Assembly: GCA_022712945.1 (NCBI GenBank)
Contig: JAFLJP010000057.1
Span: 35,449-99,448, forward strand
From: Gammaproteobacteria bacterium
Lineage (GTDB): Bacteria; Pseudomonadota; Gammaproteobacteria; RBG-16-57-12
DNA length: 64,000 nt
Direction: 5' to 3'
Part shown: positions 49,741 to 59,824 of the stretch, in pieces
Numbering within the stretch: the first letter of the stretch is position 1
Layout: each line of letters opens with the position of its first letter
Program-made: the position numbers and the translations under genes
The notes under the pieces: model-generated
Database searches by the model: none
Told to the model about the DNA's origin: nothing
Seen by the model: only the letters and a program-made list of their open reading frames with translations

Positions 49741-49866
49741 CTCTTTGCGGATTATTAAAGTGCTCGCACCTTCTATCTGATTTTTAAAATAAATAAATTC
49801 GACATCCACTTAAGTAGTGGAGAGGCATCAGACGTTCTTTAGACCACAGCCATGAGGTAGTATTAG

Positions 49867-50322
49867 GTGCGAGTTGTTTTTTTAGTGGTTTTAACCACGT
49901 TGTTGTTGGCCTGCGACAGCGTTGATACATCAATTAATATTCAGGTGGAAGCCCCCCCCAGAAACCTGGATACTGAGCTTTTAACCGCAGGGAAGATGGT
50001 TTACGATAAACACTGTCAACGGTGTCATGGTGTTGAGGGCGTCGGCTCAAAAAACTGGCAGGTGCAGGGACCGGATGGCAAATATCCAGCACCGCCACTG
50101 AATGGGGCGGGACATACCTGGCATCACCCAAAAGCTATCTTAATCAGTGTCATTAAAGATGGCAGCCCCGGTGGCATGGGGAACATGCCGAGAATGCGTG
50201 ATAAGGTCAATGATGCTGAAATAGAGGCACTGATCGCCTGGATGCAATCACTCTGGAGTGAGAAAGCGTATCAAACCTGGTATCGACACGATCTTGCTTA
50301 TCGGGATAATCAACCCGAATAA
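49867..50322 (+). CDS. Monoheme c-type cytochrome, lipoprotein
   Basis: Has a lipobox (LLLAC) in the signal peptide and a single CQRCHG heme site. 151 aa. Confidence 0.8.
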   Translation: MRVVFLVVLTTLLLACDSVDTSINIQVEAPPRNLDTELLTAGKMVYDKHCQRCHGVEGVGSKNWQVQGPDGKYPAPPLNGAGHTWHHPKAILISVIKDGSPGGMGNMPRMRDKVNDAEIEALIAWMQSLWSEKAYQTWYRHDLAYRDNQPE

Positions 50323-50479
50323 TTTATTAAGTGCAATCTTGCTGCTTCCTTATTTTATGTCACAAAAAATAGTGATTCAGCCAGTGTGATTGTGGTCTGT
50401 TTTTCTGTTAAATCAGTGCGCCTTCGATTTTTTCCAATCTTGTAAAATATCAAGGCTATGTCGTTATTGAGGAGAGATA

Positions 50480-50872
50480 ATGTACGGTTTTCATGCGAGA
50501 AATATTTCGGGTTGTTTTGATGGCGTGGTTGATAGTGTCATCGCTGCGTTGGCGAAAGAGGGCTTCGGTATCATCACTGATATCGACTTTCAGGCGACGA
50601 TGAAAAAGAAGCTTGATCATGATCGCCTCCCTTATCGTATCCTCGGGGCTTGTAATCCTTCACTGGCTAAAATGGCAATTGAAGCAGATGCTGACATCGG
50701 CCTGCTGCTACCTTGTAATGTGGTGGTTCGTACCGAGGAGAATGGCTCTATTACGGTTGCCTTTATGGATCCGGTTGCTGTTTTAGGTCTGGTTGATCAG
50801 CCGGGGGTTGAGGCATTGGCCGCAGAAGTGAGAGAGAAGTTGATGAATGTACGAGATAGCATCACCAATTAG
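50480..50872 (+). CDS. DUF302 domain protein
   Basis: [37 protein letters not shown] ... [11 protein letters not shown] is the DUF302 signature. Confidence 0.85.
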   Translation: MYGFHARNISGCFDGVVDSVIAALAKEGFGIITDIDFQATMKKKLDHDRLPYRILGACNPSLAKMAIEADADIGLLLPCNVVVRTEENGSITVAFMDPVAVLGLVDQPGVEALAAEVREKLMNVRDSITN

Positions 50873-50919
50873 TTTCACGCCTTCACCCTATTTAATCAAG
50901 ATTTGATAGAGGATTTTTT

Positions 50920-52773
50920 ATGCCCGATTATCGTTCTAAAACCAGTACCCACGGTCGTAATATGGCTGGTGCCCGCTCACTGTGGCGTGCCACCGGGATG
51001 AAGGATGGTGATTTTGGCAAACCCATTATTGCGGTTGCCAACTCCTTTACTCAATTTGTACCTGGTCATGTGCACTTAAAGGATATGGGGCAACTGGTCG
51101 CCCGTGAAATTGAGAAAGCGGGCGGTGTGGCAAAAGAGTTTAATACCATTGCTATTGATGACGGCATCGCCATGGGCCACAGTGGCATGCTCTATTCGCT
51201 ACCTTCCCGCGATTTGATTGCAGACTCGGTGGAGTATATGTGTAACGCCCACTGTGCCGATGCGCTGGTTTGCATCTCCAACTGTGACAAAATTACTCCA
51301 GGCATGCTGATGGCGGCGATGCGCCTGAATATCCCGGCAATCTTTGTCTCTGGTGGGCCCATGGAGGCGGGTAAGGCAACCATTAAAGGCAAGACGATTG
51401 CGCTGGATCTGGTGGATGCAATGGTGTCGGCTGCTGATCCAAACGAGACAGATGAGGATGTGATGACCCTGGAGCGTTCAGCATGCCCAACCTGTGGCTC
51501 CTGCTCTGGCATGTTCACCGCCAACTCGATGAATTGCCTTACCGAAGCGTTGGGATTATCACTGCCCGGTAATGGTTCACTGCTGGCAACTCATGCTGAT
51601 CGAAAAGCGCTATTTTTACGTGCCGGTCGTGAAATTGTCAGCCTGGCTAAGCGTTACTACGAACAGGATGACCATACGGTATTACCTCGCTCGGTGGCTG
51701 GCTTTAAGGCGTTTGAGAACGCGATGAGTCTGGATATTGCCATGGGTGGCTCTACCAATACGATTCTTCACCTGCTGGCGGCAACACAAGAAGCGGGTAT
51801 TGATTTTACCGTTGCAGACATTGATCGTCTCTCTCGCAAGGTGCCACAGCTCTGTAAAGTGGCACCCAGTACCCAGGAGTATCACATGGAGGACGTGCAC
51901 CGCGCGGGTGGTGTCTTCGGTATTCTGGGTGAGCTGGATCGAGCCGGGCTGTTGCACACCGATATTCCAACGGTACATAGCGCCACCATGGGAGATGCTT
52001 TGGCAGCGTGGGATGTGATGCGCAGTGATGATGAGCAGGTCAATACCTTCTACCGTGCTGCTCCCGGTGGTGTGCCTACTCAGCAAGCGTTCAGCCAGGC
52101 TGAACGTTTTGATCAACTGGATGATGATCGACAATCAGGTTGTATTCGTGATAATGCACACGCTTTCAGCCAAGAAGGCGGTCTGGCGGTACTGTTTGGT
52201 AATATTGCCGAAGAGAGTTGTATTGTTAAAACTGCGGGTGTTGATGAGAATAGCCTGAAATTCAGTGGCCCGGCCCGTATTTTTGAAAGTCAGGATGATG
52301 CCGTTGCTGCGATTCTTGCGGATCAAATCGTCGAGGGTGATGTGCTGATTATTCGCTACGAAGGGCCAAAAGGTGGCCCAGGCATGCAGGAGATGCTCTA
52401 TCCAACCTCATACCTGAAATCAAAAGGGCTGGGCAAAGCTTGTGCCCTACTGACCGATGGCCGCTTCTCCGGTGGCACTTCAGGCCTGTCGATTGGACAT
52501 GCCTCGCCCGAAGCGGCGGAAGGGGGTGCCATCGGCTTGGTAGAAGAGGGCGATAACATTGAAATTGATATTCCTAACCGAACCATTAATCTGGATATCA
52601 GTGATGATGAATTAGCCAGTCGTCGCGTGGCGATGGATGCAAAAGGTGAGGATGCTTGGAAGCCAGTTAACCGTAACCGCCAAGTGAGCGTAGCGTTACA
52701 GGCATATGCTGCGTTGACCACCAGTGCATCACGGGGTGCCACTCGGGATATCTCTCAGCTTGGTCGAAAATAA
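50920..52773 (+). CDS. ilvD: Dihydroxy-acid dehydratase
   Basis: 617 aa. Has the IlvD/EDD family motifs, including the [16 protein letters not shown] Fe-S cluster cysteines. Confidence 0.95.
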   Translation: MPDYRSKTSTHGRNMAGARSLWRATGMKDGDFGKPIIAVANSFTQFVPGHVHLKDMGQLVAREIEKAGGVAKEFNTIAIDDGIAMGHSGMLYSLPSRDLIADSVEYMCNAHCADALVCISNCDKITPGMLMAAMRLNIPAIFVSGGPMEAGKATIKGKTIALDLVDAMVSAADPNETDEDVMTLERSACPTCGSCSGMFTANSMNCLTEALGLSLPGNGSLLATHADRKALFLRAGREIVSLAKRYYEQDDHTVLPRSVAGFKAFENAMSLDIAMGGSTNTILHLLAATQEAGIDFTVADIDRLSRKVPQLCKVAPSTQEYHMEDVHRAGGVFGILGELDRAGLLHTDIPTVHSATMGDALAAWDVMRSDDEQVNTFYRAAPGGVPTQQAFSQAERFDQLDDDRQSGCIRDNAHAFSQEGGLAVLFGNIAEESCIVKTAGVDENSLKFSGPARIFESQDDAVAAILADQIVEGDVLIIRYEGPKGGPGMQEMLYPTSYLKSKGLGKACALLTDGRFSGGTSGLSIGHASPEAAEGGAIGLVEEGDNIEIDIPNRTINLDISDDELASRRVAMDAKGEDAWKPVNRNRQVSVALQAYAALTTSASRGATRDISQLGRK

Positions 52774-52915
52774 AAAAGCATATTTTTTAATAGAATGTAT
52801 CGGGTATTTTGACCCGCTTATATTAGTTGGGTATATTGGATCTTCTTTACAGCTTGGGGACGGGGCTGGCTGAAGATAGAATAAATTAAAAATGTCTACT
52901 GAGGGTGGAGAGAGA

Positions 52916-53506
52916 ATGAAAAAGCGAAGTGTATTGGGTTTGATGGGGGCGGCTCTGTTGTCGTTATCAACTATGGCAAGTGCCGCTGGTAATGCAGAAA
53001 ATGGTGCGGAACTGGCTGCGGGTTGTTTTGGTTGTCACGGTGAAGATGGCCACAGTGTGGTGCCAAGTTTTCCAAAACTGGCAGGATTACAAGCTGACTA
53101 CACGGCCAAGCAGATTTTCGATTTTCAAGGCGGCAAACGAACGGATGAGACCATGGTGGGCATGTCTTACATGGTTGCCAGTAAACAAGATGCGCTGGAT
53201 ATTGGTGCTTATTTTGAATCACAAAGCCCTATGAAAGGTGAGGCAACAGGTAGCAAGATAACCCAGAAAGGGGCTAAGGCCTACGCTGATTTGGGCTGTG
53301 CAACTTGTCATGGGATAGGGGGCGAGGGAAAAGGTAACCTGTTCCCACGAATCGGTGGTCAACATCTCGATTATCTGGCTAAAACACTGCAAGACTTCCG
53401 CTCTGGTGAGCGCACTTCAGACCGTAGCGGTATGATGGCACCACTGGCTAAAAAGCTGACTGATGATCAAATTGAATCATTAGCAGATTACATTAGCGGC
53501 CTGTAA
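52916..53506 (+). CDS. Cytochrome c4 (diheme)
   Basis: A signal peptide plus two CXXCH sites (CFGCHG, CATCHG) in two homologous halves. Confidence 0.9.
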   Translation: MKKRSVLGLMGAALLSLSTMASAAGNAENGAELAAGCFGCHGEDGHSVVPSFPKLAGLQADYTAKQIFDFQGGKRTDETMVGMSYMVASKQDALDIGAYFESQSPMKGEATGSKITQKGAKAYADLGCATCHGIGGEGKGNLFPRIGGQHLDYLAKTLQDFRSGERTSDRSGMMAPLAKKLTDDQIESLADYISGL

Positions 53507-53525
53507 TTACTCTTTCTGGCTACTA

Positions 53526-53638
53526 AGGGATGTAGGATTTATTAAAATACCGCACTTACTTGTCTTTTTGCCCACCCTATCTAGATAGGGTGAACAACAA
53601 TTCGGCGTAATAACGGTACTTTAACTTCTTCCACATCC
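53526..53638. mobile_element. MITE1 short variant (113 bp, lacking the internal palindrome), TSD TAA
   Basis: TAA lies at 53523-53525 and 53639-53641. The TIRs are intact, and the central 'ggccggtatt...aataccggcc' segment is deleted. It sits 20 bp after the cytochrome c4 stop. Confidence 0.8.
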
Positions 53639-53714
53639 CTAAGGGCACACCGCCTACTGGCGGCGTGCCTTTTTTATGTGGGTTAATATTTAGTAGTAGG
53701 TAGTGGTGCCTTGC

Positions 53715-55328
53715 CTACCCAGCAACCCGGTAGCTGAACTGCTGGAAATCTGGCCCCTGCTTTAAGCTCTTTATCAGCTCGACTTTAACCTGGGCATGGG
53801 CGGTAATGCACTGTATTGTTTCTCCCTCTTGGAGGCCATCAGGCAATATAAGTGTGGCTAACGGGTTATTGAAATCACCCCGAGGCAGTAATAAGCCACC
53901 GTTTGTTTCAGTTTTGGTTTCTGCGTGGGTGATGATCAACGGTGCCGCATCTACTGCCAGCAAGGAGACGCCGACGATGGCCTCTGAATCAGCCTCATAG
54001 AGCTGTTTCCAGCAGGTTTGGGCAATGCTCCAAGGCTTTTCCAAATCGTTAGCATTTCGGATTAACAGTAAACTTCCCTTTAAAAACTTCTCGTAGTATT
54101 GCAGTGGGCAGCTTAAGCCATAACCACCGATCCCGACATCGACCTGTTGAATTTTATCTATTATCCACTCTTGGGAGTCAACTTCGGCTTCCAGCCACTG
54201 GTTGGCAAGATGAAGGGTCCAGGTGGGGCTGTGATTGCTTGATAGTTGAACTTCCTCTTCGATGAGTAGCTGATGGCAATTTTTTAGACCAACTGAAAGT
54301 GTCATCTCCTGAGAGTGGCTGCGGCGTTCATAGCTCCGGGGTGGTGTTGTTATCCAGCCATTGCGTAGTCGTTCCAGCAGTGTCTGTTTCAGTTGTGTAT
54401 GTTCGGTATCGCTACTTTCTTCTGTACTCCTTTGGCCCAGCAGTACATCTTTTTCCAGTATGGTATCGATATTGATTCTTAACAGGCCATCTGCTTCGTC
54501 GGGTTGTTGTTCTGCGGGTAGATATTCTGGCGGGCGACCTGAGTTAAGGCAGATGACCCACTCGCCGCCAGAGCGCCATTCACTATCGCATGGCTCGAAG
54601 TGACAGTGATGAGCCCATTGGCTGAGGATATGGTAACTACTGACAATTTCACTTCTTTTTAAACGGAATGGGTTGATGGCTGCAAACAGTAGCACAGCGA
54701 CAAATGCCTCTTCAATTGTCTCTACCGCACCGGTTTTATCGTAAAGTGGCATATTAATGAGTTTGAGCTGTTGTGCACGATGATAAAGCCGTTTTATCTT
54801 ATTCCAAATGTCGTTGCTAATCGGTTCGTAGCTAAGGTAATGCTCCATTAAATAGCGAGACTCCAGCCGCAACGCATGGCAAAAACTCTGGGCGAGCAGC
54901 TCTTGTTGCTGTTGTGGATCTTCGCTTTCTATAAACTCGCTGATGATGATCTCGTAGCTGGCGATGCTCTCTTGAAGCAGGTGACGGGTTAACTTAACCG
55001 ACACGGTATTGCGTGCCTTTTTAGCATCACGTTTCGAGTCGTCGATTAAAATCTGACTCTGTTTGTAGAGCTTGATCATTAGCTGGTAGCGATAGGATGT
55101 TGCCAGTACGGCTTTATTGAGATAGCGCAGGCTCTTGATTAAATGTGTCTTTGCCTGATCTGTCTTCAGTGAGTCGATGTTGTCCAGCCATGATAGCTGC
55201 TCCTCAACGTAGCGTTTGTCGGTTGTCATTTGTTGAATGGCTTCATTTTTTTCTGCACACATGAACACTCTGCCTTTTAACCGCTTTTGGATAACGACCC
55301 TGGCATATTTATACCTTGTGATACGCAT
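53715..55328 (-). CDS. Large hypothetical protein (537 aa), function unknown
   Basis: A long ORF with coding-like composition and no transmembrane segments or known motifs. The start is uncertain (alternative Met at MCAEKNEA). Confidence 0.5.
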   Translation of the reverse strand: MRITRYKYARVVIQKRLKGRVFMCAEKNEAIQQMTTDKRYVEEQLSWLDNIDSLKTDQAKTHLIKSLRYLNKAVLATSYRYQLMIKLYKQSQILIDDSKRDAKKARNTVSVKLTRHLLQESIASYEIIISEFIESEDPQQQQELLAQSFCHALRLESRYLMEHYLSYEPISNDIWNKIKRLYHRAQQLKLINMPLYDKTGAVETIEEAFVAVLLFAAINPFRLKRSEIVSSYHILSQWAHHCHFEPCDSEWRSGGEWVICLNSGRPPEYLPAEQQPDEADGLLRINIDTILEKDVLLGQRSTEESSDTEHTQLKQTLLERLRNGWITTPPRSYERRSHSQEMTLSVGLKNCHQLLIEEEVQLSSNHSPTWTLHLANQWLEAEVDSQEWIIDKIQQVDVGIGGYGLSCPLQYYEKFLKGSLLLIRNANDLEKPWSIAQTCWKQLYEADSEAIVGVSLLAVDAAPLIITHAETKTETNGGLLLPRGDFNNPLATLILPDGLQEGETIQCITAHAQVKVELIKSLKQGPDFQQFSYRVAG

Positions 55329-55444
55329 TGGCTTGAGGAGGTAGGCCTGCGGAGTCGTTTCTTGTTTTTTATTAGTTGGGGTTGCGTATTTGAATGAACC
55401 TCTTGCTATGCTAGCGGCATGTTTTTGTTGTTTGTAAATTAAAT

Positions 55445-56368
55445 CTAATCAGACTTGTTCAGCGCCTCCTCAAGTAAGAATTCCATTAATGCCTTCTGTG
55501 CATGAAGGCGGTTTTCCGCTTCATTCCACACCACGCTTTGGGAGCCATCGATAACGGCGGCACTGACCTCTTCACCACGGTGGGCGGGTAGGCAGTGCAT
55601 AAACAGCGCATCCGGCTTGGCCAATTGCATTAATGCTTCGTTGACCTGGAAGTCTGCAAAGGCTGCTTCGCGTGCTTTTTGCTCCTCCTCTTGTCCCATG
55701 CTTGCCCAAACATCGGTCACAATCAAGTCACTATCGGTTGCTGCAATCCGGGGGTCGTGGCTCAGAGTGACGGCATTTCCAGCGGCGGCAACCAGTGTAC
55801 CGTCAGGTTCATAACCCACCGGTGTGGCAATGTTGAGTTTAAAGCCAAACTGACGTGCGGCATTGATGTAGGAGTGGCACATATTGTTGCCATCGCCAAT
55901 CCAAGTGACGGTGCCTCCCTTGATAGAGCCTCGTTGTTCAACGTAGGCCTGCATGTCAGCCAGTAGCTGGCAAGGGTGATACATATCGGTCAGCGCGTTG
56001 ATTACCGGGACTTGTGAATACTCGGCAAAACGCTCGATTTTTTCATGCTCAAAGGTGCGGATCATGATGATGTCAACCATGCTCGATAGAACGCGTGAGG
56101 AGTCCTCTATGGGCTCACCACGGCCCAGCTGGGTATCCCTGGACGATAAAAAAATCGCATGGCCGCCAAGCTGTGCGGTACCGGCTTCAAATGAGACTCG
56201 AGTACGGGTGGATGATTTTTCAAAAATCATCCCCAGTACCTTGTTTTTCATCGGTTCATAGATTTCACCACGACGATGCATCGTTTTTAACTCAATGGCA
56301 CGACTGATCAAGCCATTGAGTTCATCCGCAGTGAAGTCCATCAGGGTCAGGAAGTGACGAAGTGCCAT
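55445..56368 (-). CDS. argF: Ornithine carbamoyltransferase
   Basis: Carries the STRTR carbamoyl-phosphate motif, HCLP, and OTCase-typical length. Confidence 0.9.
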   Translation of the reverse strand: MALRHFLTLMDFTADELNGLISRAIELKTMHRRGEIYEPMKNKVLGMIFEKSSTRTRVSFEAGTAQLGGHAIFLSSRDTQLGRGEPIEDSSRVLSSMVDIIMIRTFEHEKIERFAEYSQVPVINALTDMYHPCQLLADMQAYVEQRGSIKGGTVTWIGDGNNMCHSYINAARQFGFKLNIATPVGYEPDGTLVAAAGNAVTLSHDPRIAATDSDLIVTDVWASMGQEEEQKAREAAFADFQVNEALMQLAKPDALFMHCLPAHRGEEVSAAVIDGSQSVVWNEAENRLHAQKALMEFLLEEALNKSD

Positions 56369-56389
56369 CTCTGCATCCTCGAATAGGGT

Positions 56390-57562
56390 TTAACTTAAAA
56401 AACTCTTTACCAGCGTACTCACTCTGGTGACGAGTTGATCTATTTCGCTATCGCTCAACAGCAATACCGGTAGTAAACGTATAACATTATTGCTGGTGAC
56501 GTTGATCAGGAGTCTTTGCTCTAGAGCCTGCTTGACCAATTCAGCACAGGGCCGGTCAAGCTGGATGCCGATCATCATGCCATGGTGGCGGATCTCGACA
56601 ACCCCGGTTGTGGTATCAAATTCAGACTTGAATCCATTAACAATCTGCTGGCTACTTTCCGCTGCCCGCTGTGCGGCATGGCTCTGTTCCATCACCTCAA
56701 TAACTGCCAAAGCCGCATGGCAAACCAGCGGGTTGCCGCCAAAGGTAGAGCCGTGACTGCCAGCACCCATCAATCCGGTTGCTCTGCCGTTGGTAAGGCA
56801 GGCACCAATGGGTACGCCGTTACCCAACGCTTTTGCCAAGGTCATTACATCGGGGGTGATATCACAATGCTGGAACGCAAACCACTTGCCGGTTCGGCAC
56901 ATGCCGGTTTGAATTTCATCCAGCATCATCAGCCACTCATGCTGATCGCAGATTGCCCGCAATTTTCTCAGGTAGTCAGCAGCGGGAATATTAACCCCCC
57001 CTTCACCCTGAACAGGCTCAATCAGCACCGCAACAACATTAGGATTACTAGCAGCGACGGCTGCAATCGCATCAATATCGTCATAGGCGACCCGCACGAA
57101 ACCTTCGGTCAGCGGGGCAAAGCCCTCTTGCACTTTCGGGTTGCCGGTTGCTGAAAGGGTGGCCATGGTCCGGCCATGAAAACTGTTACTGGCAACAATA
57201 ACAGCAGGTTTGTCGATCCCCTTTTTATGGCCGTAGCGGCGGGCGATTTTAATCGCCGCTTCATTGGCTTCTGCACCCGAGTTAGAAAAAAACACCTGCT
57301 GCATACCCGAGAGTGAAACAAGCTTGTCGGCCAAGCGTTGCTGGGCCGGAATACCATAGAGATTTGAGGTGTGTAGCAAGCGGCCCGCCTGCTCAGTAAT
57401 GGCCTTGGTCACTTGCGGGTGGGCATGGCCAAGACTGCAAACCGCGATACCGCTGATGGCATCAAAATATTGTTTGCCCTTGCTGTCCCACAGCCACGAC
57501 CCCTCCCCCCGCTCAAAGCAGACCGGTAGCCGCGCATAGGTTGGCATGATTGAATCTGACAT
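56390..57562 (-). CDS. argD: Acetylornithine aminotransferase
   Basis: A class-III PLP aminotransferase (SGAEANEAAIKIARRY; DEIQTGMCRTGKWFAF; lysine in TLAKALGNG). It lies upstream of argF on the same strand. Confidence 0.9.
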   Translation of the reverse strand: MSDSIMPTYARLPVCFERGEGSWLWDSKGKQYFDAISGIAVCSLGHAHPQVTKAITEQAGRLLHTSNLYGIPAQQRLADKLVSLSGMQQVFFSNSGAEANEAAIKIARRYGHKKGIDKPAVIVASNSFHGRTMATLSATGNPKVQEGFAPLTEGFVRVAYDDIDAIAAVAASNPNVVAVLIEPVQGEGGVNIPAADYLRKLRAICDQHEWLMMLDEIQTGMCRTGKWFAFQHCDITPDVMTLAKALGNGVPIGACLTNGRATGLMGAGSHGSTFGGNPLVCHAALAVIEVMEQSHAAQRAAESSQQIVNGFKSEFDTTTGVVEIRHHGMMIGIQLDRPCAELVKQALEQRLLINVTSNNVIRLLPVLLLSDSEIDQLVTRVSTLVKSFLS

Positions 57563-57758
57563 GCTGTTCTTAATTCCCTAAAATGACAAAAGGCAGCACT
57601 AAGCGCTGCCTATCAATTAATCTGCCATCTTATCCCGGTTGCCACAATGATGTAAATAGCGATATTAGATGCAAGGAAAGCCGGGTGTTGAATCTGTTGG
57701 AAAAGGAGTAAAGCGAAGAGCTGATATGAAGGTGCCGGTGTCGAAGGTTATCAGGGAG

Positions 57759-58508
57759 TTACAAATCCCCGTCAGCGTGCTCATTATGGCAAAAGTTGAT
57801 TGCCGATTCATGCCTGAACTTCCCGTAAGCCAGGAAGTTAATCACTTCGCTGATCACCTGGTCATTCTGCATCAAAAATGGGTGACTCACCGGCAGGGTA
57901 ACAAACCCACACATGCCATCAACCTTGGTGCTCTCAACGGAGACTTTTCCATCATCCGGGTTGGGCAAAAAGGTGGAGAGTATTAGATTGATCGATCGGG
58001 TGCCCGCAATCACTCCCAGTTCAAAGTTGACTGCACCAAGATGTTTGGGAAGATCATCATCCCCGGTGCCGAGCTGCTGGCCTGCCGGGCCATTTAATAG
58101 ATCATACCCAGGCAGATTTTTTAACGTGTCAACAATCTCACTTCCATTGTTGGGCGGGCCGAGCATAATGACCCGCTTAACACCCTCGGGGGGGTGGTTT
58201 TTGTAATATTGACGAACCAGAATGCCGCCCAGAGAGTGGGTGACAAAATTTACCGGGTTTGATGCGTGTTCATGGCATCGAGATAAACCTTCATTGATCG
58301 CTATTTCAGAGAGCTTGATTATCTCTTTTTTCCGGGAAGGATAATCAACGTTAGCTACATAATAACCTTCGTTAGTCAGTCTCTGTTCGAGTTCATTCAT
58401 TGAGCTTGATGTTCTCGCTAGCCCGTGAAGCAATACAACGCATTCAGCGGATAGGGCGGATGCAGAGTACAGCAGCATTGAAATCAGCATTATGATTTGT
58501 CTGTTCAT
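57759..58508 (-). CDS. Secreted alpha/beta-hydrolase (lipase/esterase-like)
   Basis: Has a signal peptide and the GxSxG nucleophile elbow (THSLGG). 249 aa. Confidence 0.7.
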   Translation of the reverse strand: MNRQIIMLISMLLYSASALSAECVVLLHGLARTSSSMNELEQRLTNEGYYVANVDYPSRKKEIIKLSEIAINEGLSRCHEHASNPVNFVTHSLGGILVRQYYKNHPPEGVKRVIMLGPPNNGSEIVDTLKNLPGYDLLNGPAGQQLGTGDDDLPKHLGAVNFELGVIAGTRSINLILSTFLPNPDDGKVSVESTKVDGMCGFVTLPVSHPFLMQNDQVISEVINFLAYGKFRHESAINFCHNEHADGDL

Positions 58509-58565
58509 TTCAGTCAGTATAAAGTAGTCATGGTTTGCTTAGGAATTCCTTGAGGAGGGGGTGAG

Positions 58566-58961
58566 ATGAAACGTAAATTTTATATAGTGATATTAGCTTT
58601 TTCCGGTCTGGTGATTTATCTCGGGCTGGATAATTTGATGGTCGAGCACCCCTCGGTGGCACTAACCCCGCATGATCAACTGATTATGTATTCACTTACC
58701 GGTTGCAGTGCCTGTGAAATGAAGCGGGGTGAATTGCAGCGGGCAAACATTCCTTACGTTGAATATGTGGTGGATCGTCAGCAAGCTGCTAGCGATGATT
58801 TAACCCGCAAGCTGAATCAGGCGGGTTTTCCGGTAGGTGGAACCGGCTTCCCTAGCTTTGATGTTAAAGGTACGCTCATACCTAATAATCCGCCACTGTT
58901 TCAGATTATCAAAAACCTGGAAAATAGCGAAGCAAAAAAAGAGGCCAGCCTCTCTGGTTGA
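58566..58961 (+). CDS. Membrane-anchored glutaredoxin-like protein
   Basis: An N-terminal TM helix plus a thioredoxin-fold CxxC (TGCSAC). 131 aa. Confidence 0.55.
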   Translation: MKRKFYIVILAFSGLVIYLGLDNLMVEHPSVALTPHDQLIMYSLTGCSACEMKRGELQRANIPYVEYVVDRQQAASDDLTRKLNQAGFPVGGTGFPSFDVKGTLIPNNPPLFQIIKNLENSEAKKEASLSG

Positions 58962-59066
58962 TGAGAATCAACTCCTGCGCTGTTGTGTTTCTCTACGGGG
59001 CGGGATACAAATCCTTTGGGATGCCCTATCTTTTGTAGGTTGTCGTCAAAATTTCAAGGAGTAACA

Positions 59067-59675
59067 ATGAAAAACAATTTTTTTGAATGGATGTTGATGT
59101 TAGCACTTGTTCTGGGCTTTTCGTCCACCGTTACTGCTGCTCTAATCGATCGTGGCAACGGTATGATTTACGATTCAGACCAGAATCTTACTTGGCTTCA
59201 GGATGCCAGTATGAGTGATTTTGATGCTGAGGATTGGCATGCGGCTATGAGTTGGGTGGATAACCTGAATCATGGTGGTTTCTCTGATTGGCGCTTGCCG
59301 AGTGCAGACCTTACCTGCGCCTCTTTTTCCTGGATCAGTGCGAATACCTGCACTGGTAATGAATTGGGTCGTCTGTTTGTGGAATTAGGCGCTCCCGTTG
59401 ATTTTGGTTCTAGTAGCTCTTGGGGGCCATTTAATGATGTTCAGTATTTCATGTATTGGTCAAATACAGAGTACGGAAGTGAGCTAGCGTCGCTGTTTCT
59501 GATTGATGTCGGTGTGCAGATTGAATTCAATAAAAGTTTCAGAGCAGGTTATGTTTGGGCTGTACGCTCTGGTGATGTCACCGTAGCAGAGCCTGGTGCC
59601 TTGTTGTTACTTCTCACGGGTTTTGCCGGCATGTTAACTGCCAAGTACCGTCGTCGTTCACCAATTTTGGTGTGA
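59067..59675 (+). CDS. PEP-CTERM-anchored DUF1566 (Lcl C-terminal-like) protein
   Basis: A signal peptide, then the DUF1566-like core (LTWLQDAS...DWRLPS..EL..LF). The C-terminus VAEPGALLLLLTGFAGMLTAKYRRRS is a PEP-CTERM sorting signal. Start taken as the ATG after AAGGAG. Confidence 0.7.
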   Translation: MKNNFFEWMLMLALVLGFSSTVTAALIDRGNGMIYDSDQNLTWLQDASMSDFDAEDWHAAMSWVDNLNHGGFSDWRLPSADLTCASFSWISANTCTGNELGRLFVELGAPVDFGSSSSWGPFNDVQYFMYWSNTEYGSELASLFLIDVGVQIEFNKSFRAGYVWAVRSGDVTVAEPGALLLLLTGFAGMLTAKYRRRSPILV

Positions 59676-59824
59676 ATGTCTTTCTCCAGCTGGATTTTCA
59701 GATCAATGGTGGAATGGATGCGGATATCTACTGGGACCCTCTGAGGGTTGGATTAAACAATGTCGTTTCTGTTCCTAGGCCTCTATCATTCTGATCATGG
59801 AAATCGGCCTTTCTTCTATATCCC

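Noticed and set aside
6036-53638. Dispersed repeats considered as a possible CRISPR array
   Set aside because: The copies are 113-159 bp, tens of kb apart, have terminal inverted repeats and TSDs, and no regular repeat-spacer periodicity. They are MITEs.
53715-55328. PilZ domain call for the C-terminus of the 537-aa orphan
   Set aside because: RxxxR and the DxSxxG-like motif are about 65 residues apart rather than 20-30, and Gly replaces the motif Ser.
57669-57986. 105-aa ORF on the plus strand
   Set aside because: It overlaps the 3' end of the alpha/beta-hydrolase gene on the opposite strand and lacks an RBS.
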